A stretch of 64,000 bases of DNA from Takakia lepidozioides (taxonomy: Eukaryota; Plantae; Bryophyta): positions 41,044,001 to 41,108,000 of the forward strand of contig CM060732.1 of NCBI GenBank assembly GCA_030704615.1, given 5' to 3'. Both the position numbers and the translations under genes were made by a program. How positions within the stretch are numbered: position 1 is the stretch's first letter; each line of letters starts with the position of its first letter. Under the pieces are notes generated by a model. That model did not search any database, was not told where the DNA came from, and saw nothing but the letters and a program-made list of their open reading frames with translations. Below, one piece after another: positions 12,264-23,166 of the stretch.

Positions 12264-14303
12264 CCTCTTACCTGTGAGTGCAAGGTAGGAGTTGAGGGTT
12301 AGCACTTGTACGATTACCTGTGTGTAAGTAGTGCTTAGTTTTAGAAGCTTAGAAGAAAAAAAAAAAAACAAAACAAAATATGCAGGTTTCGATCAGCGTT
12401 GGTTCTGGCATGAGGCCGCCGGGCATGATGGAGCTACACTGCATGGAAGCAGCCTTTGTTTTGGTCGGTGAGGAGACATCGTGGAGTAGCAGCGATTGGC
12501 CATTGGGAAACTGACCAAGTGCGAGACTTAAAGGAGGAGCCTGTGATCGAGCAGATGGGTAGAACTTCCGTGCCTGGAGATGGCCGGGCTGCTCGCCTTA
12601 GTTCGATGTGCACAGACCAGTGTTAAATTAGAACCAGGACAGACCAGAAGCGGTCAGGAAAGGCAGCGGAAGAGCAGGTGGAGCTGGTGTAGCGGAGCCA
12701 GTTGAAGGAGGAGCTGTAAATCTGCTCCCTCCAGTAAATGCAGCGCCGGCAGGTAGAGCATGGCGCAGCGAGCTGGTTGAAGGTGCAGGGCCCGAGAGAG
12801 AAAGCCTAGCACAAAGCGATGGAGAACGGGGAGCCCATTGCTGGCATATCATCAACACTGCAAAACCAGGAGTCTCACAAATCTTCATGCTACTTGTGAT
12901 TGTGGCTGGGAAAGCTGCTTTCACCTGGTCGATTATCTGCATAAGCAACCAACTTTCTGACAAAAAGGGTTGTTGGGGGCATTGTTGATTTCGGAGAGTG
13001 CAAGGTGCAAAGTCGTTTTTGTTTTTAAGTGCTTCAGGTTTGTACAAAGCCAAGTAGCTGTTGCTGCCTTGCACCTTGGTTCCACCATTTTGATGTGGAA
13101 ACTGGTGGAAAGTCGAATGGTGGTTCACAACCCAGCTTTCAACTCAGTACACTGCCCGAGTCCAAGATTGTGGCGATACAGGTCAAGGGAGCTCCAGCTC
13201 TATTTGTCTCATCATTGAACACTTCCAACTGATCACTTGCCTCTACTGTCATTTCGGCGTCAAGGGTACTTACTTCTGCACAGGCGAGCAGGGGAGGAAA
13301 TGCGAAGACTCGTAGCAGGAGAAGCAATGCTGACGGATGAGGCCAGCGGACGAGAGCCTCCAAGGGTTGATGGAGAGGCGGCGGAAGGAGGCTGCAGATT
13401 GAGTTCCACTTTACTGAGGCAATCGCAAATTCCTGTAGAGACTTGATAACTATATGATTGTCTCTCTTATACTGGAGCTGATGCAGATGGACCCAGGCCT
13501 TGGGTCTACATGCTGAGCATGGTTCACTTTCTTTTTCCTGGCAGTGAAGTCGTCTGTGCCTTGTGGGGGTGGTGACGGGGCAATCTGGTGCCTGTTGTCG
13601 CCGATCCCTGACCTGTAGAATGCACACAAAAGCAAACACGAGCAGTAACAGGAAGGCGGAAACCATTCTAAGCCAACAATAATCGTTGGCGAGAGATGCG
13701 AATTAGACCAAGTTGATGGAACTTCAAGCTGGTCTTGGCTTTGGATTCCATGCAGAGACGGCCACATCACAGCAAGCCGCCTGTCCATAAGCCATGAAGG
13801 TGCTGCGCAGTGCATCTGCTCTTGAAATCGCCCAATTCCTGGTTTGTAGTCTCTAGGTCTCGAGGAGGCCGGCCCACGCGCAGAGAAAGCAAATCGTGAT
13901 ACCCCACCCAACTGAGGTCGAGTGTTGGAATTAACGAGCTCTTGGTGCCTGGAGGATCCTGGAGGGGAACGACCTCGGGAACTCGTAGATAACCTGGGAA
14001 CAGGTTGTAATGGCAAAAGCGTTTTGGTGTTAAAAAAAAAAAAACCTTTTTTGATCTAATTTAAATGTTTAAAGAGCCTGGTTGGTCATATCTTTGTCAA
14101 ATGAGCTCCGTTTGACTCAGTTTTTGAGGGGATATCTGCAGAAAGGGGAAATCTACCTATCTAGACCTGGTTTCTGTTTTTGGGACTCTGCTAAAAATCT
14201 ATGGAATTTTTAGAGTGTGAGTGTGCCATGAAAGATCCACAATCCTGTCTCTAGAACCTGTGCTGGTCTATATGAGAGACAAATTGGTGGGTGTACTCCT
14301 TGC

Positions 14304-15053
14304 ATGGCTGGGGGAAATGAGGACGTAATTGAAGGGCAGGTCTCTTCTCTTAGTCTGTGCACACAAGGGGACAGGATTTATGTTTCCCAAGGAACTCAGA
14401 CTGATTTGAGTGGAGAACAGTTGGACGAGTTGATTGCATACTGGGAGTCAGGCATTAGCAGTAGACAACAGACTGCTGTAGTTGGCATTGAGGGCCTCAA
14501 TATCGCCTTGGACAGTCAGAACTCTGTTGGAGCCAGCAGTTCTGCAGCTGTAGGTGAAATACCAAAGTGGGTGAAAGCTAGGCTTGGAACACAGCCAAAG
14601 ACAGCCCCGGGGACCAAGGTGTTCAGTCACAAGGCCGTGGTGTACTGGAGCAGAGGAGCAGGAGCTACACAAGTTTGTGCAATCAGACATGGTTGCAGCC
14701 GGATACGCTCTGCACAGGGCAACCATGAGCGGGGGTTCATCAGCAATGACATGTTTGTTGTGCGTGAAGGAGATGCAGTCATTCGCAATGAGGACACCCG
14801 CAACCGTCTCAAAGCTTTCGAGTTGAGAGACTATCAGACCCTACCTTTGTTTTCTTTAGTGTTCAGTGAGCGGGAGATAGGGGAGTATTGCTTTGTCTCT
14901 ACCTGGCAGAAAGAGGAGGAGGGTTGGTTAGAGCGAGCTACTGTAGCTTGGGACAAGGTTAGTGGCAGGTTTCTGGACATAGATATACCTCCTACACCTT
15001 ACCATCATGCAGAGCGAGGCACTTTGAGAGAAGTCTGGCAGTTGATAGCATAG
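14304..15053 (+). CDS. Extra 249-aa ORF upstream of gag, unknown function
   Basis: ATG-initiated uninterrupted ORF inside the element; no recognisable motif. Confidence 0.45.
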   Translation: MAGGNEDVIEGQVSSLSLCTQGDRIYVSQGTQTDLSGEQLDELIAYWESGISSRQQTAVVGIEGLNIALDSQNSVGASSSAAVGEIPKWVKARLGTQPKTAPGTKVFSHKAVVYWSRGAGATQVCAIRHGCSRIRSAQGNHERGFISNDMFVVREGDAVIRNEDTRNRLKAFELRDYQTLPLFSLVFSEREIGEYCFVSTWQKEEEGWLERATVAWDKVSGRFLDIDIPPTPYHHAERGTLREVWQLIA

Positions 15054-15565
15054 ATCAGGATTAGATCTTGCTTGGTCGGGCTTCTATTCTTCCCCTCCAT
15101 CTCTGTACTATTTTCATTACCTTGTACTTGTAGTTGCCAAAGCCTCTCTTGGTGGAGGCCAGTCAGTCCGGGGTTTTGGGCTGGGATATTCTGCAGGATC
15201 AGCATTGCAGCTGGATTTTGGTGTGGGGGTGTTGATGTTTTGATTTCTTGTGTTTGGATCCCCCCCAACACCTGCATGCTTGACTGTGCGCCATGTTGGT
15301 TTTGTGTGGGCGCTTGCTTTCATAGGGATTAGGCCGGATTTGATCACCGGTCAATCCTAGAGTATGCTGTCGGTGGTGAGGCTGGAGTGATGACCAGCAA
15401 GACCACCAGTGTTTCTTCTATGGTGAGGCTGGGTTGATGACCAGCCAACCATAGGAGTTCTTGCGGTGGATGCAGGTGCAGGTGCCCTGAGCCACTGGGA
15501 TATGACCCTTAGACTGCAACAGGTGCCCACCCGTGTCACTATTAGATTAGTACTAGAGCCTTATA

Positions 15566-17410
15566 GTGTCACTGGAGGAGGTGCACATTGTGAGTGTCAT
15601 TACGGAGTTACCCAAGGGTTTTGAGGGGAGTACGGCTACAGGCAGTAACAGTGAGAGTGGGTTCACAAGACGAGGTATTCGGTTCAGACCACCTTCACCG
15701 CCACCCTCAATTACTGTAGAGTCAGACACAGGCTCGGAGGCTTCATCAACAGGTGTGCACTTTCATTCGCCATTGTTGTGGGACGACATGGAGGAGATGT
15801 ATGGAGCTACCAAGGGGCCTCGTAGGTACTCTGGAGCTGTGGGCACAATCGAGTTGGATGACTTTATCCAGGAGTTCGACAGCTGGTGTGATTTGCAGCA
15901 GATGCGCAATCCACATCTATTCACCCCATTCATGGCGTGGAAGGGACTGTTCCAGCATTTGGAAGGCCCGCCTATGGACGATTACCACGAGTTCAGGCGA
16001 GGACATGAAGCAGAGATTGAGGAGTGGAGGATGTATTGGTCACCTGACTACATCTCCATTACTCGAGGCATGACGCGACCAGTAGCTGCATCAGTACCAA
16101 TAGCTCCCACTGCCAGCACTAGTAGTGGAGCAGGTAGTGCTGGTACTTCTGCAGGTGGTACCAGTTCAGAAGGTGCTACTACTCCTCCTGCCACAGCTAC
16201 AACACATGTGCCTAGATTCAACCCGGTGGTGGAGTTCTTCCAGGAGTTGCGGAGGAACTACCAAGGTGTACGGACAGAGAAGCTGCGAAGTTTGCAAGAC
16301 TTCCAGCGCAAACCCAGTGAGAGCCTGCGAGAGGCGTACACTCGTATGAGGCGCTTGATAAGTGTGACCCAAGGGGTTACTGAAGCTCAGGCAATCCAGT
16401 TTTGGTATGGAATTCTGGACAAGGAGCTCAAGAGAAGGGTGCGAGATGCAACCCTGTTACAAGCAGCCCAACCCACATTAGCAGATGTGTTTCTGCTGGC
16501 TGAGCGGATTGAGCTCAACATGGTGGAGGAGCGAGTTGTTACAATTGGATTTGGTAAGGACATGCCTGTACGGGGCACAGCTGTCAGCCCACAAGCACAA
16601 GGGACTGCCCAACAGCGTGGTCAGGGGGGCAAGGTTGCCCAGCCCAAGTTCCATGGAGCTTACAGGGGACCTCAGGTGCAGAGGCCCGTGGCATCTTTTG
16701 CAGGCCAACAGCAACCAGGGGTGATATGTTGGACATGTGGAGGACCCCATGTCAAGAGAGATTGCCCAGAGAGTGGCAGAAGGCCGGCACAAGCACAGCC
16801 TGCACAGTTGCAGTGTGGGCATTGTGGCAAGTATGGGCATGGAGATGCCCAGTGTTATGACTTGCATCCTGAGTTGCGCCCAGGCCAGTTCCAAGGGAAC
16901 AATGGTGGCCGGGGGCGAGGTGGACCAGCCCAAAGAGGACGAGGTGGTCGGGCACGAGGTGCAGGCCAAGGGCAACCTCCACATGGCCAAGGACGCGGAG
17001 GTCAGGGTGTTGACCAAGGCATGGCCAATCGGCTTCAGCAGCTAGAGCAGAGGCTCGCTGCCATGGCTATAGCTCAGGCGGTACCGGCTCCCAGGCGGGA
17101 TGGCCCACCTCCTGCTCCTGAGGGAGGAGATATGGGCGGAATGGGATTCATGTGCGGAGCAGCACTACCATTAGAGCAGGTGGAGTCTGCTGCAGCCGTG
17201 ACTCGAGGAGCAACACGAGTTCCTGAGCCACGAGGTGCAGAGGTGGAGTTGGATCCACAACGTGGGGAGGCAAGCCGTCAGGCAAGGCTGCCTCAGTCAT
17301 TCACCTTGGCGGAGACAGTGTCAACGCCATCCATGGCACCTAGTTCTCGCCCGACTGTTACCGAGGCGGAGGTTACTATGCCATTGGGAAGAGCTACCGT
17401 GCAGCACTGA
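15566..17410 (+). CDS. gag: Gag polyprotein
   Basis: Capsid-like FQRKPSESLREAYTRM; two zinc knuckles (CWTCGGPHVKRDC, CGHCGKYGHGDAQC); RGG-rich segment. Confidence 0.9.
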   Translation: MSLEEVHIVSVITELPKGFEGSTATGSNSESGFTRRGIRFRPPSPPPSITVESDTGSEASSTGVHFHSPLLWDDMEEMYGATKGPRRYSGAVGTIELDDFIQEFDSWCDLQQMRNPHLFTPFMAWKGLFQHLEGPPMDDYHEFRRGHEAEIEEWRMYWSPDYISITRGMTRPVAASVPIAPTASTSSGAGSAGTSAGGTSSEGATTPPATATTHVPRFNPVVEFFQELRRNYQGVRTEKLRSLQDFQRKPSESLREAYTRMRRLISVTQGVTEAQAIQFWYGILDKELKRRVRDATLLQAAQPTLADVFLLAERIELNMVEERVVTIGFGKDMPVRGTAVSPQAQGTAQQRGQGGKVAQPKFHGAYRGPQVQRPVASFAGQQQPGVICWTCGGPHVKRDCPESGRRPAQAQPAQLQCGHCGKYGHGDAQCYDLHPELRPGQFQGNNGGRGRGGPAQRGRGGRARGAGQGQPPHGQGRGGQGVDQGMANRLQQLEQRLAAMAIAQAVPAPRRDGPPPAPEGGDMGGMGFMCGAALPLEQVESAAAVTRGATRVPEPRGAEVELDPQRGEASRQARLPQSFTLAETVSTPSMAPSSRPTVTEAEVTMPLGRATVQH

Positions 17411-19773
17411 CACCTGCTACCAAGGCTAGTGCAGCCGGTGTGTTATTGGGAGCAGCCACCTCTGTGTGTCAAGCCCCACTGTTCTCGGCGACCATGATTG
17501 CGACGCCGGGAGTGAGACCAGCTGCAGTGTTCAGACTAGCAGCAACACTCTGCGAGAGTGGAGAGGTCACTTCATCTTCTGCGGAGTTAGTGGAAGGTGT
17601 AGTGGCAGAGGGATCCTCGGATTTGAGGGTCAAGACTGCCACGGCAGTGCCCTGGCAAGCTGCAGCTGCCAGATTGACGGAGCTGCCAGCTAGGCCAGCC
17701 TTTGAGCGCGCCATGGTGACACCTGGAGTTGTCTTGTTAGACAACCAGGGAGGCATTTTCACTTTGAGTGGACCGGCAGGCAAGAAGTACCGGCCACTGC
17801 GGGTCTTGTTGGACTCAGGAGCTCAGCCACTGATGTTGGGCAGAGCTGCTATTGCAGGTTTGGGCCTCATGGAGGCGGATATGGAGCCTTGTCCTTTCCA
17901 GATACAGACATCTCTGGGAGGATCAGAGCAGGCTCGCGGCATGACACGGCATCAGTTGGCTATTAGACTGCAGCCGGATCATCCTGTAGATGGCTCAGTG
18001 ATGCGAGCCAAGGCCATTGTGACAGACGCGGTCTCTTACGATGTCCTCGTTGGTGGGGCAGTGTTATACCCCATGGGCTTCACCCTGGATTTCTGGGAGG
18101 AGTCAGCATCCTACAGGCCTGGATGGCAGTCAGGGGATGGTCGCCGTGCACAGCTCCCTGTGACATTCATTGGGGGTATTGCAGCTGCTCAGCGGGGCAA
18201 GATGCCAACACTAGCCGCCTTCACAGCTGCAGTCAGCTGGCCTGGAGAGTTGCTGGAAGGCAATGCCCATGCAGAGGATGTGCCACCTCCAGCAGAGCAG
18301 GATGACATGCATGGTACGGCGGAGTTGCCTGCCATGGTTGCTCACACTCCGTTGTGGGGTACGAGCAAGGATTTGCAGCACGCTGCTGATGGACGGGTGC
18401 AACAAGCTTGGTTAGAAGCTTTTGTACCGTCAGGAGAGGAGGAGAGTGCGGTGATTGCACCAGGGCCACCTCAGTTGTCGCCATTGGACACCACACCTCT
18501 TGTGTGGCAGCGACCGGATGAAGGCATATGCCTTCTGGACTTATTTGGCGGGATCAGCACTGGATTGGCTGCAGTGCTGCAGGCAGGTGTACGAGTTCGA
18601 CGTTACCTGTATGTGGAGAGGGATGAGACTGCACGACGCGTCTCACTGCGCCATGTTGCTCAGATGGTGCAGCAGCATCCTGAGTTGTTGCCGGTGTCTG
18701 CAGTTCGTGGATATCAGCAGGCCTTGCCAGCAGACATTGCGTTGCTGGGGGCGCAGGATTTGGAGCGGGTTGGCTCCATTGATCTGGTAGTGGCAGGTTG
18801 GCCCTGCCAAGGGCATTCATCAGCCGGGCATGGCAATGGATTGCGAGACTCGAGGACGGGTCTGTTTTGGGAGATGGTGCGGATTTTGCGCCACTTGCAG
18901 CTTCATCAGGCTGTATCTCCGGCATACATCTTGGAGAATGTGCCACTGATGGGTGATTCTCGGGCCAGGGTGATGGCCAGTGTGCATCAAGTCCGGTCGT
19001 GGCTTGGGTCAGCAGTGTTGCTGGATGCAGCTGCAGTGGGGTCACGGGCTCATCGTCCACGACTATGGTGGACTAACTTGATGCCACCCGCACTGCTCAA
19101 GCGTGCATTTGATGGGGTGCAGCGGCCAGCACACCTCACCGTGGATGGCATTTTGGACACAGGAAGGCAGTCTCAACGTGTGAGACACGATGACCGTTCG
19201 CCTTTGGCAGTGGTCAACAGGGTGGGTCAACCACGAGCAGCATTACCTACACTGCTCAGCTTCCCAGGATCCCATGCTTTTCGGGATGGTGGACCTGGCC
19301 TCCTGTGGGATGCTCAGTTGCAGCAGTTAGTGGAGCCTAATGCCGACGAGCGAGAGCGGGCTATGGGGTTTTCCACTGGGACCACGGCGGTGCCTTCTCT
19401 TTCTGAGGCATCACGTCGTCAGGTGTTGGGGCAAGCAATGGATCTCAATTGCTTGACCTGGATTGTCAGCTTGGCTATGGCTGAGCAACGTAGAGTGCGG
19501 AGTGCACTTCCCTTGATGGTCTCTCTGCCTACCGAGACGGTACAGGCAGCGAGTGGGGGCGAGCCGGTGAGGACCACGAGGTGTAGACATCCATGGCACA
19601 TGTGGGAGGTGCTCGAGGTTCAGAGGGAGTTGGCAGCGAAGGCAGCTGTGATGGATGAGGTTGGGGATTCTTCTCGGGATGAGGAGGTTCTCAATGATGA
19701 GATGATGGGGCAGGATGAGGCCTTGTCATTGACTGAGCAGGAAGGGGGTACTGCTCAAGAGGTTGCAGCATAG
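17344..19773 (+). CDS. pol: Pol part 1: aspartic protease plus C5 cytosine DNA methyltransferase (DNMT3-like, ~18523-19480)
   Basis: Protease VLLDSGA. MTase motifs I LDLFGGISTG, II VERDE, IV AGWPCQGHS, VI ILENV, VIII AHRPRLWWTN, IX ERERAMGF, X RRQVLGQAM. The frame is open from 17344 and is -1 relative to gag. Confidence 0.93.
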   Translation, partial: FSPDCYRGGGYYAIGKSYRAALTPATKASAAGVLLGAATSVCQAPLFSATMIATPGVRPAAVFRLAATLCESGEVTSSSAELVEGVVAEGSSDLRVKTATAVPWQAAAARLTELPARPAFERAMVTPGVVLLDNQGGIFTLSGPAGKKYRPLRVLLDSGAQPLMLGRAAIAGLGLMEADMEPCPFQIQTSLGGSEQARGMTRHQLAIRLQPDHPVDGSVMRAKAIVTDAVSYDVLVGGAVLYPMGFTLDFWEESASYRPGWQSGDGRRAQLPVTFIGGIAAAQRGKMPTLAAFTAAVSWPGELLEGNAHAEDVPPPAEQDDMHGTAELPAMVAHTPLWGTSKDLQHAADGRVQQAWLEAFVPSGEEESAVIAPGPPQLSPLDTTPLVWQRPDEGICLLDLFGGISTGLAAVLQAGVRVRRYLYVERDETARRVSLRHVAQMVQQHPELLPVSAVRGYQQALPADIALLGAQDLERVGSIDLVVAGWPCQGHSSAGHGNGLRDSRTGLFWEMVRILRHLQLHQAVSPAYILENVPLMGDSRARVMASVHQVRSWLGSAVLLDAAAVGSRAHRPRLWWTNLMPPALLKRAFDGVQRPAHLTVDGILDTGRQSQRVRHDDRSPLAVVNRVGQPRAALPTLLSFPGSHAFRDGGPGLLWDAQLQQLVEPNADERERAMGFSTGTTAVPSLSEASRRQVLGQAMDLNCLTWIVSLAMAEQRRVRSALPLMVSLPTETVQAASGGEPVRTTRCRHPWHMWEVLEVQRELAAKAAVMDEVGDSSRDEEVLNDEMMGQDEALSLTEQEGGTAQEVAA

Positions 19774-21450
19774 CAACCACGGGACGCGTCCTCTACCTCT
19801 AAGCCCACTGGACTTAAGGTTGCAGTTACGGAGGACAATTGGGAGCCTGATATTGGACCCATTGTCACCGGAGGAGAGAGACGACGTATACGGCGGTTCC
19901 TGAGGGCTTACAGGAATTGCTTTGCCTTCAGTTTGAAGGACTTGGGAGCACTGAAGGGTCAAGAGATCCGTATTGAGTTGGCCACTGACACGCCAATCTT
20001 TCGGAGACCCTATAGATACAGTGACATGGAGAGGTCTTTGATTCAGATGAGGACTCAAGATCTCTGGGAGGCAGGTTTGGTGGAGCTCTCTGGTGGAGAG
20101 TATGCTTCAGCCACAGTGATGCCAGCTAAGAAGGATGTCTATGGCAATTGGACGGAGAGACGTATGTGCGGTGATTACCGGCCTGTAAATCGTCAGACCA
20201 AGTCCGATAGGTATGCCATGCCAACACCAGAGGAGATCTTTGATGCCATTGGGCATTCCAAGGTCTTTAGCACGTTGGATTTACGATCCGGATATCACCA
20301 GTTGCCGATCAAGGAGGCGGATAAGCAAAAGACGGCATTCTGGGGGATCAATGAGCACGGGAAGGATTGCCTATACCAGTGGCGGTTCTTACCATTTGGG
20401 CTTAAAAACGCTCCCGCTGAGTTTCAAAGAGTCATGGACAGGATTCTAGCAGGGGTGGAGTTTGCTCGGTGCTACATAGATGACATCATCATCTTTAGTG
20501 CTACGGTGGAGGAGCATGAGAGACACCTTCAGGGGGTATTTGAGCGCTTGAGGACGCACGGATTGAAGTTACATCCGGGCAAGTGCAAGTTTTTCCACAA
20601 CCAGATTGAGTATCTGGGTCACATGATATATCCTGGAGGATTGGGGGTACAGCAGACTAAGGTAGAGTCCATTGCACAGGTTCCACGCCCCACGGATGTG
20701 AGCCGAGTTCGAGCTTTCATGGGGTTAGCAAACTATTACAGACGGTTTGTTAAGGGATTTAGTGCCATTGCAAAGGCTCTAACCAAGCTGACCAAGGTGG
20801 ACCAGGAGTGGCAGTGGGAAGATGAGCAAGAACAAGCTTTTCAAGAGCTCAAGGCGAGGTTGACCTCGGCGCCCATCTTGAGACGACCTATCAGGGGGCG
20901 TCCTTTTCAGCTGCATACAGATTGGAGCATGCTGGGGCTTGGAGCGGTGCTCACACAGGTGGATGATGAGGGAAGAGAGTTCGTAGTGGCTTATGCTAGC
21001 CGCTCGAACAATGCTGCAGAGTCTAAGTATAGCTCATATGAGGGAGAATGCTTAGCTGCAGTGTGGGCCGTGGCACACTTCAGGTGCTATCTATACGGCA
21101 ATCTCTTCACCCTTGTCACGGATCACCAACCACTCAAGTGGTTGATGGAGTCAGACAAGCTTACGGGGAAGCTTGCACGGTGGGCACTCATCCTTCAAGA
21201 GTATGACTTTCAGGTGGTGCATCGACCGGGTTTGGTCAATCGAAATGCAGATGGGTTGAGTCGCAATCCATGCACGAGCCAGCAGGATGACACTGGAGCT
21301 CGGTGGCATGGTGAGACGGACGAGGAGATGGTGCCCGGATGGCATGCATCTGCATTTCTGTGTATCTTGGCAGCGGAAGGCCAGGTTGGACCTACAACAG
21401 GGATGACTGTAGATCAAGTGTCTGAGGACCCTGAGGCAGCAATGAGCTAG
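19774..21450 (+). CDS. pol: Pol part 2: reverse transcriptase and RNase H (in frame after a single TAG)
   Basis: RMCGDYRPVN, LDLRSGYHQ, LPFGLKNAP, YIDDII; RNase H TDWS, EGECLA, TDHQPL, NADGLSR. Confidence 0.95.
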   Translation, partial: QPRDASSTSKPTGLKVAVTEDNWEPDIGPIVTGGERRRIRRFLRAYRNCFAFSLKDLGALKGQEIRIELATDTPIFRRPYRYSDMERSLIQMRTQDLWEAGLVELSGGEYASATVMPAKKDVYGNWTERRMCGDYRPVNRQTKSDRYAMPTPEEIFDAIGHSKVFSTLDLRSGYHQLPIKEADKQKTAFWGINEHGKDCLYQWRFLPFGLKNAPAEFQRVMDRILAGVEFARCYIDDIIIFSATVEEHERHLQGVFERLRTHGLKLHPGKCKFFHNQIEYLGHMIYPGGLGVQQTKVESIAQVPRPTDVSRVRAFMGLANYYRRFVKGFSAIAKALTKLTKVDQEWQWEDEQEQAFQELKARLTSAPILRRPIRGRPFQLHTDWSMLGLGAVLTQVDDEGREFVVAYASRSNNAAESKYSSYEGECLAAVWAVAHFRCYLYGNLFTLVTDHQPLKWLMESDKLTGKLARWALILQEYDFQVVHRPGLVNRNADGLSRNPCTSQQDDTGARWHGETDEEMVPGWHASAFLCILAAEGQVGPTTGMTVDQVSEDPEAAMS

Positions 21451-22906
21451 GTGGCGCCAAAGATATACATGAGGATTCAGTTGTGTTGGACTACCTCCGC
21501 ACGGGAGACACGGCAGCCACTGTGACTGCCAGGAGAGGGATCGGATCCTACAACGAGCCAAGAGGTTCAGGTGGGAGGGGACACACCTGCTCCGAGTGTG
21601 GGAGGATGGTCGAGTGAGGATTGTGCCTCACCCAACACAGCGGGCACGGTTAGTGCGGCATGCCCATGAGGAGTTGGGGCATTTTGGGGTGCGACGCACT
21701 CATAGTCTACTGCAGGGGCAGTATTGGTGGCGTGGTATGCACACAGAGGTACAACATTTGTGGCTAGGTGCATGGTGTGTGACAGGGTGCGTGCTTCATT
21801 CAACGCCCCTACTCCACAATTGCACCCTCTTCCGATCATGGGATTGGGCTACAGGTGGAGTCTTGACTTCGCAGGGCCGTTGCCACTGACCATGCGCCAC
21901 AACAAGTACGTGTTGGTGATGGTGGAGCACTTCTCCAAGTGGATTGAATTGGTTCCATTGCCTGATAAGGCTAGTGAGGGAGCTGCGTATGCATTCCTGG
22001 ATTGTGTGCTTAGCCGATTCGGTGCTCCAGCTGAGGTACTCACGGACCAAGGGAGAGAGTTCTTGGGGGAGTTTCAGGCTTTGTGTGACAAAGGCCTTGA
22101 TAGACCACCGCACCACTTCTCGGGATCATCCTGAAGCCGATGGCTTGGCAGAGAGAGTTGTTCAGACAGTAAAGAGGGGTTTGCGCAAGTATGGCTTGCA
22201 GAAGGGACACCTAGGAGATTGGGACCTTCAGTTACCCTGGTTAGCCATGGGCTACAGGTTCAGCAAGCAAGCATCACTTGCCTCTTTCTCACCATACTTT
22301 CTTCTCTTTGGCCGAGAGCCGGATTTGCCTACATCCATTCGCAGAGAAGCTGCTACAGTTCTTAACCTTGACGATCCGGACGTGTGGGCACGTGCATGTG
22401 AGCAGTGTGCAGAGTTGTTCAAGAGAGTCATGCCCATGGCTTTCGAGAACCTTGCCATTGCACAACATCGTGATACGTTGAGGTATGCTACCATACGTGG
22501 TGGGGGCTATCGTCCTGGGGTTCGGAGATTCAACCCTGGTGACTATGTCTATCTGCAGCAGACTGCTCCTACGACCCTGGATGTGACTGCAGGACGTGTT
22601 ATTTTGAGGGTTCGAGAGGTCTTGCCCTCAGGCGTCTTGGTCTTGGAGGGTCGGGATGGCATCACTTGGAAGGACCATGTGCGTAATTGTGCGCCATGTC
22701 ACCTTCCGAATGTCGATGGCAGGATTGACCCAAACCTGGCAGTGGTATCTGCAGGTTTGAGGTGCATGTTGTGTGGGTCTGCTAAAGGGGCAGCCACCAT
22801 GCTGGTATGTGATCGGTGCTCTAGAGGTTGGCATATGGGATGCTTGACTCCACCTCTTGAGATGGTTCCGGATGGGGATTGGTTATGTCCACATTGCATT
22901 GGATAG
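21445..22906 (+). pseudogene. pol: Pol part 3: DDE integrase with C-terminal PHD finger (frameshifted)
   Basis: HHCC (HEELGH...CMVC), D (SLDFAGP), D (TDQGREF), E (GLAERVV); PHD CMLC..CDRC..HMGC..WLCPHC. Frameshifts near 21440, 21530, 21760 and 22093. Confidence 0.9.
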
Positions 22907-23155
22907 TGGGAGTGGATACAACCATGGGAGGTTAACAAGAAACGCAAGACCCAGCTACTAGGAGACCTTGAACACACGAGATTTTGGCTCAAGTTCATAG
23001 ATTGCAAGACGGCGACTAACGATGGGGCTACTCTTGTACCCGGCCTCTTGGTCTATAGAGTTTGAGTACAATAGGGACAGTGATAGAGGACTTAGTACGG
23101 CTGTGGCTATTACATCTTGTAGCTATCTGGAGGTAGAGGGACCTATCCACCAGCT

Positions 23156-23165
23156 AGGGGGGCGA
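23156..23165 (+). promoter_or_regulatory. Polypurine tract
   Basis: AGGGGGGCGA directly before t-TGTGGC (start of repeat B1). Confidence 0.7.
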
Positions 23166-23166
23166 T

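Noticed and set aside
18523-19480. Bacterial restriction-modification methylase or contamination
   Set aside because: The domain is in frame within a retrotransposon pol, has DNMT3-like motifs, and is nested in plant TEs.
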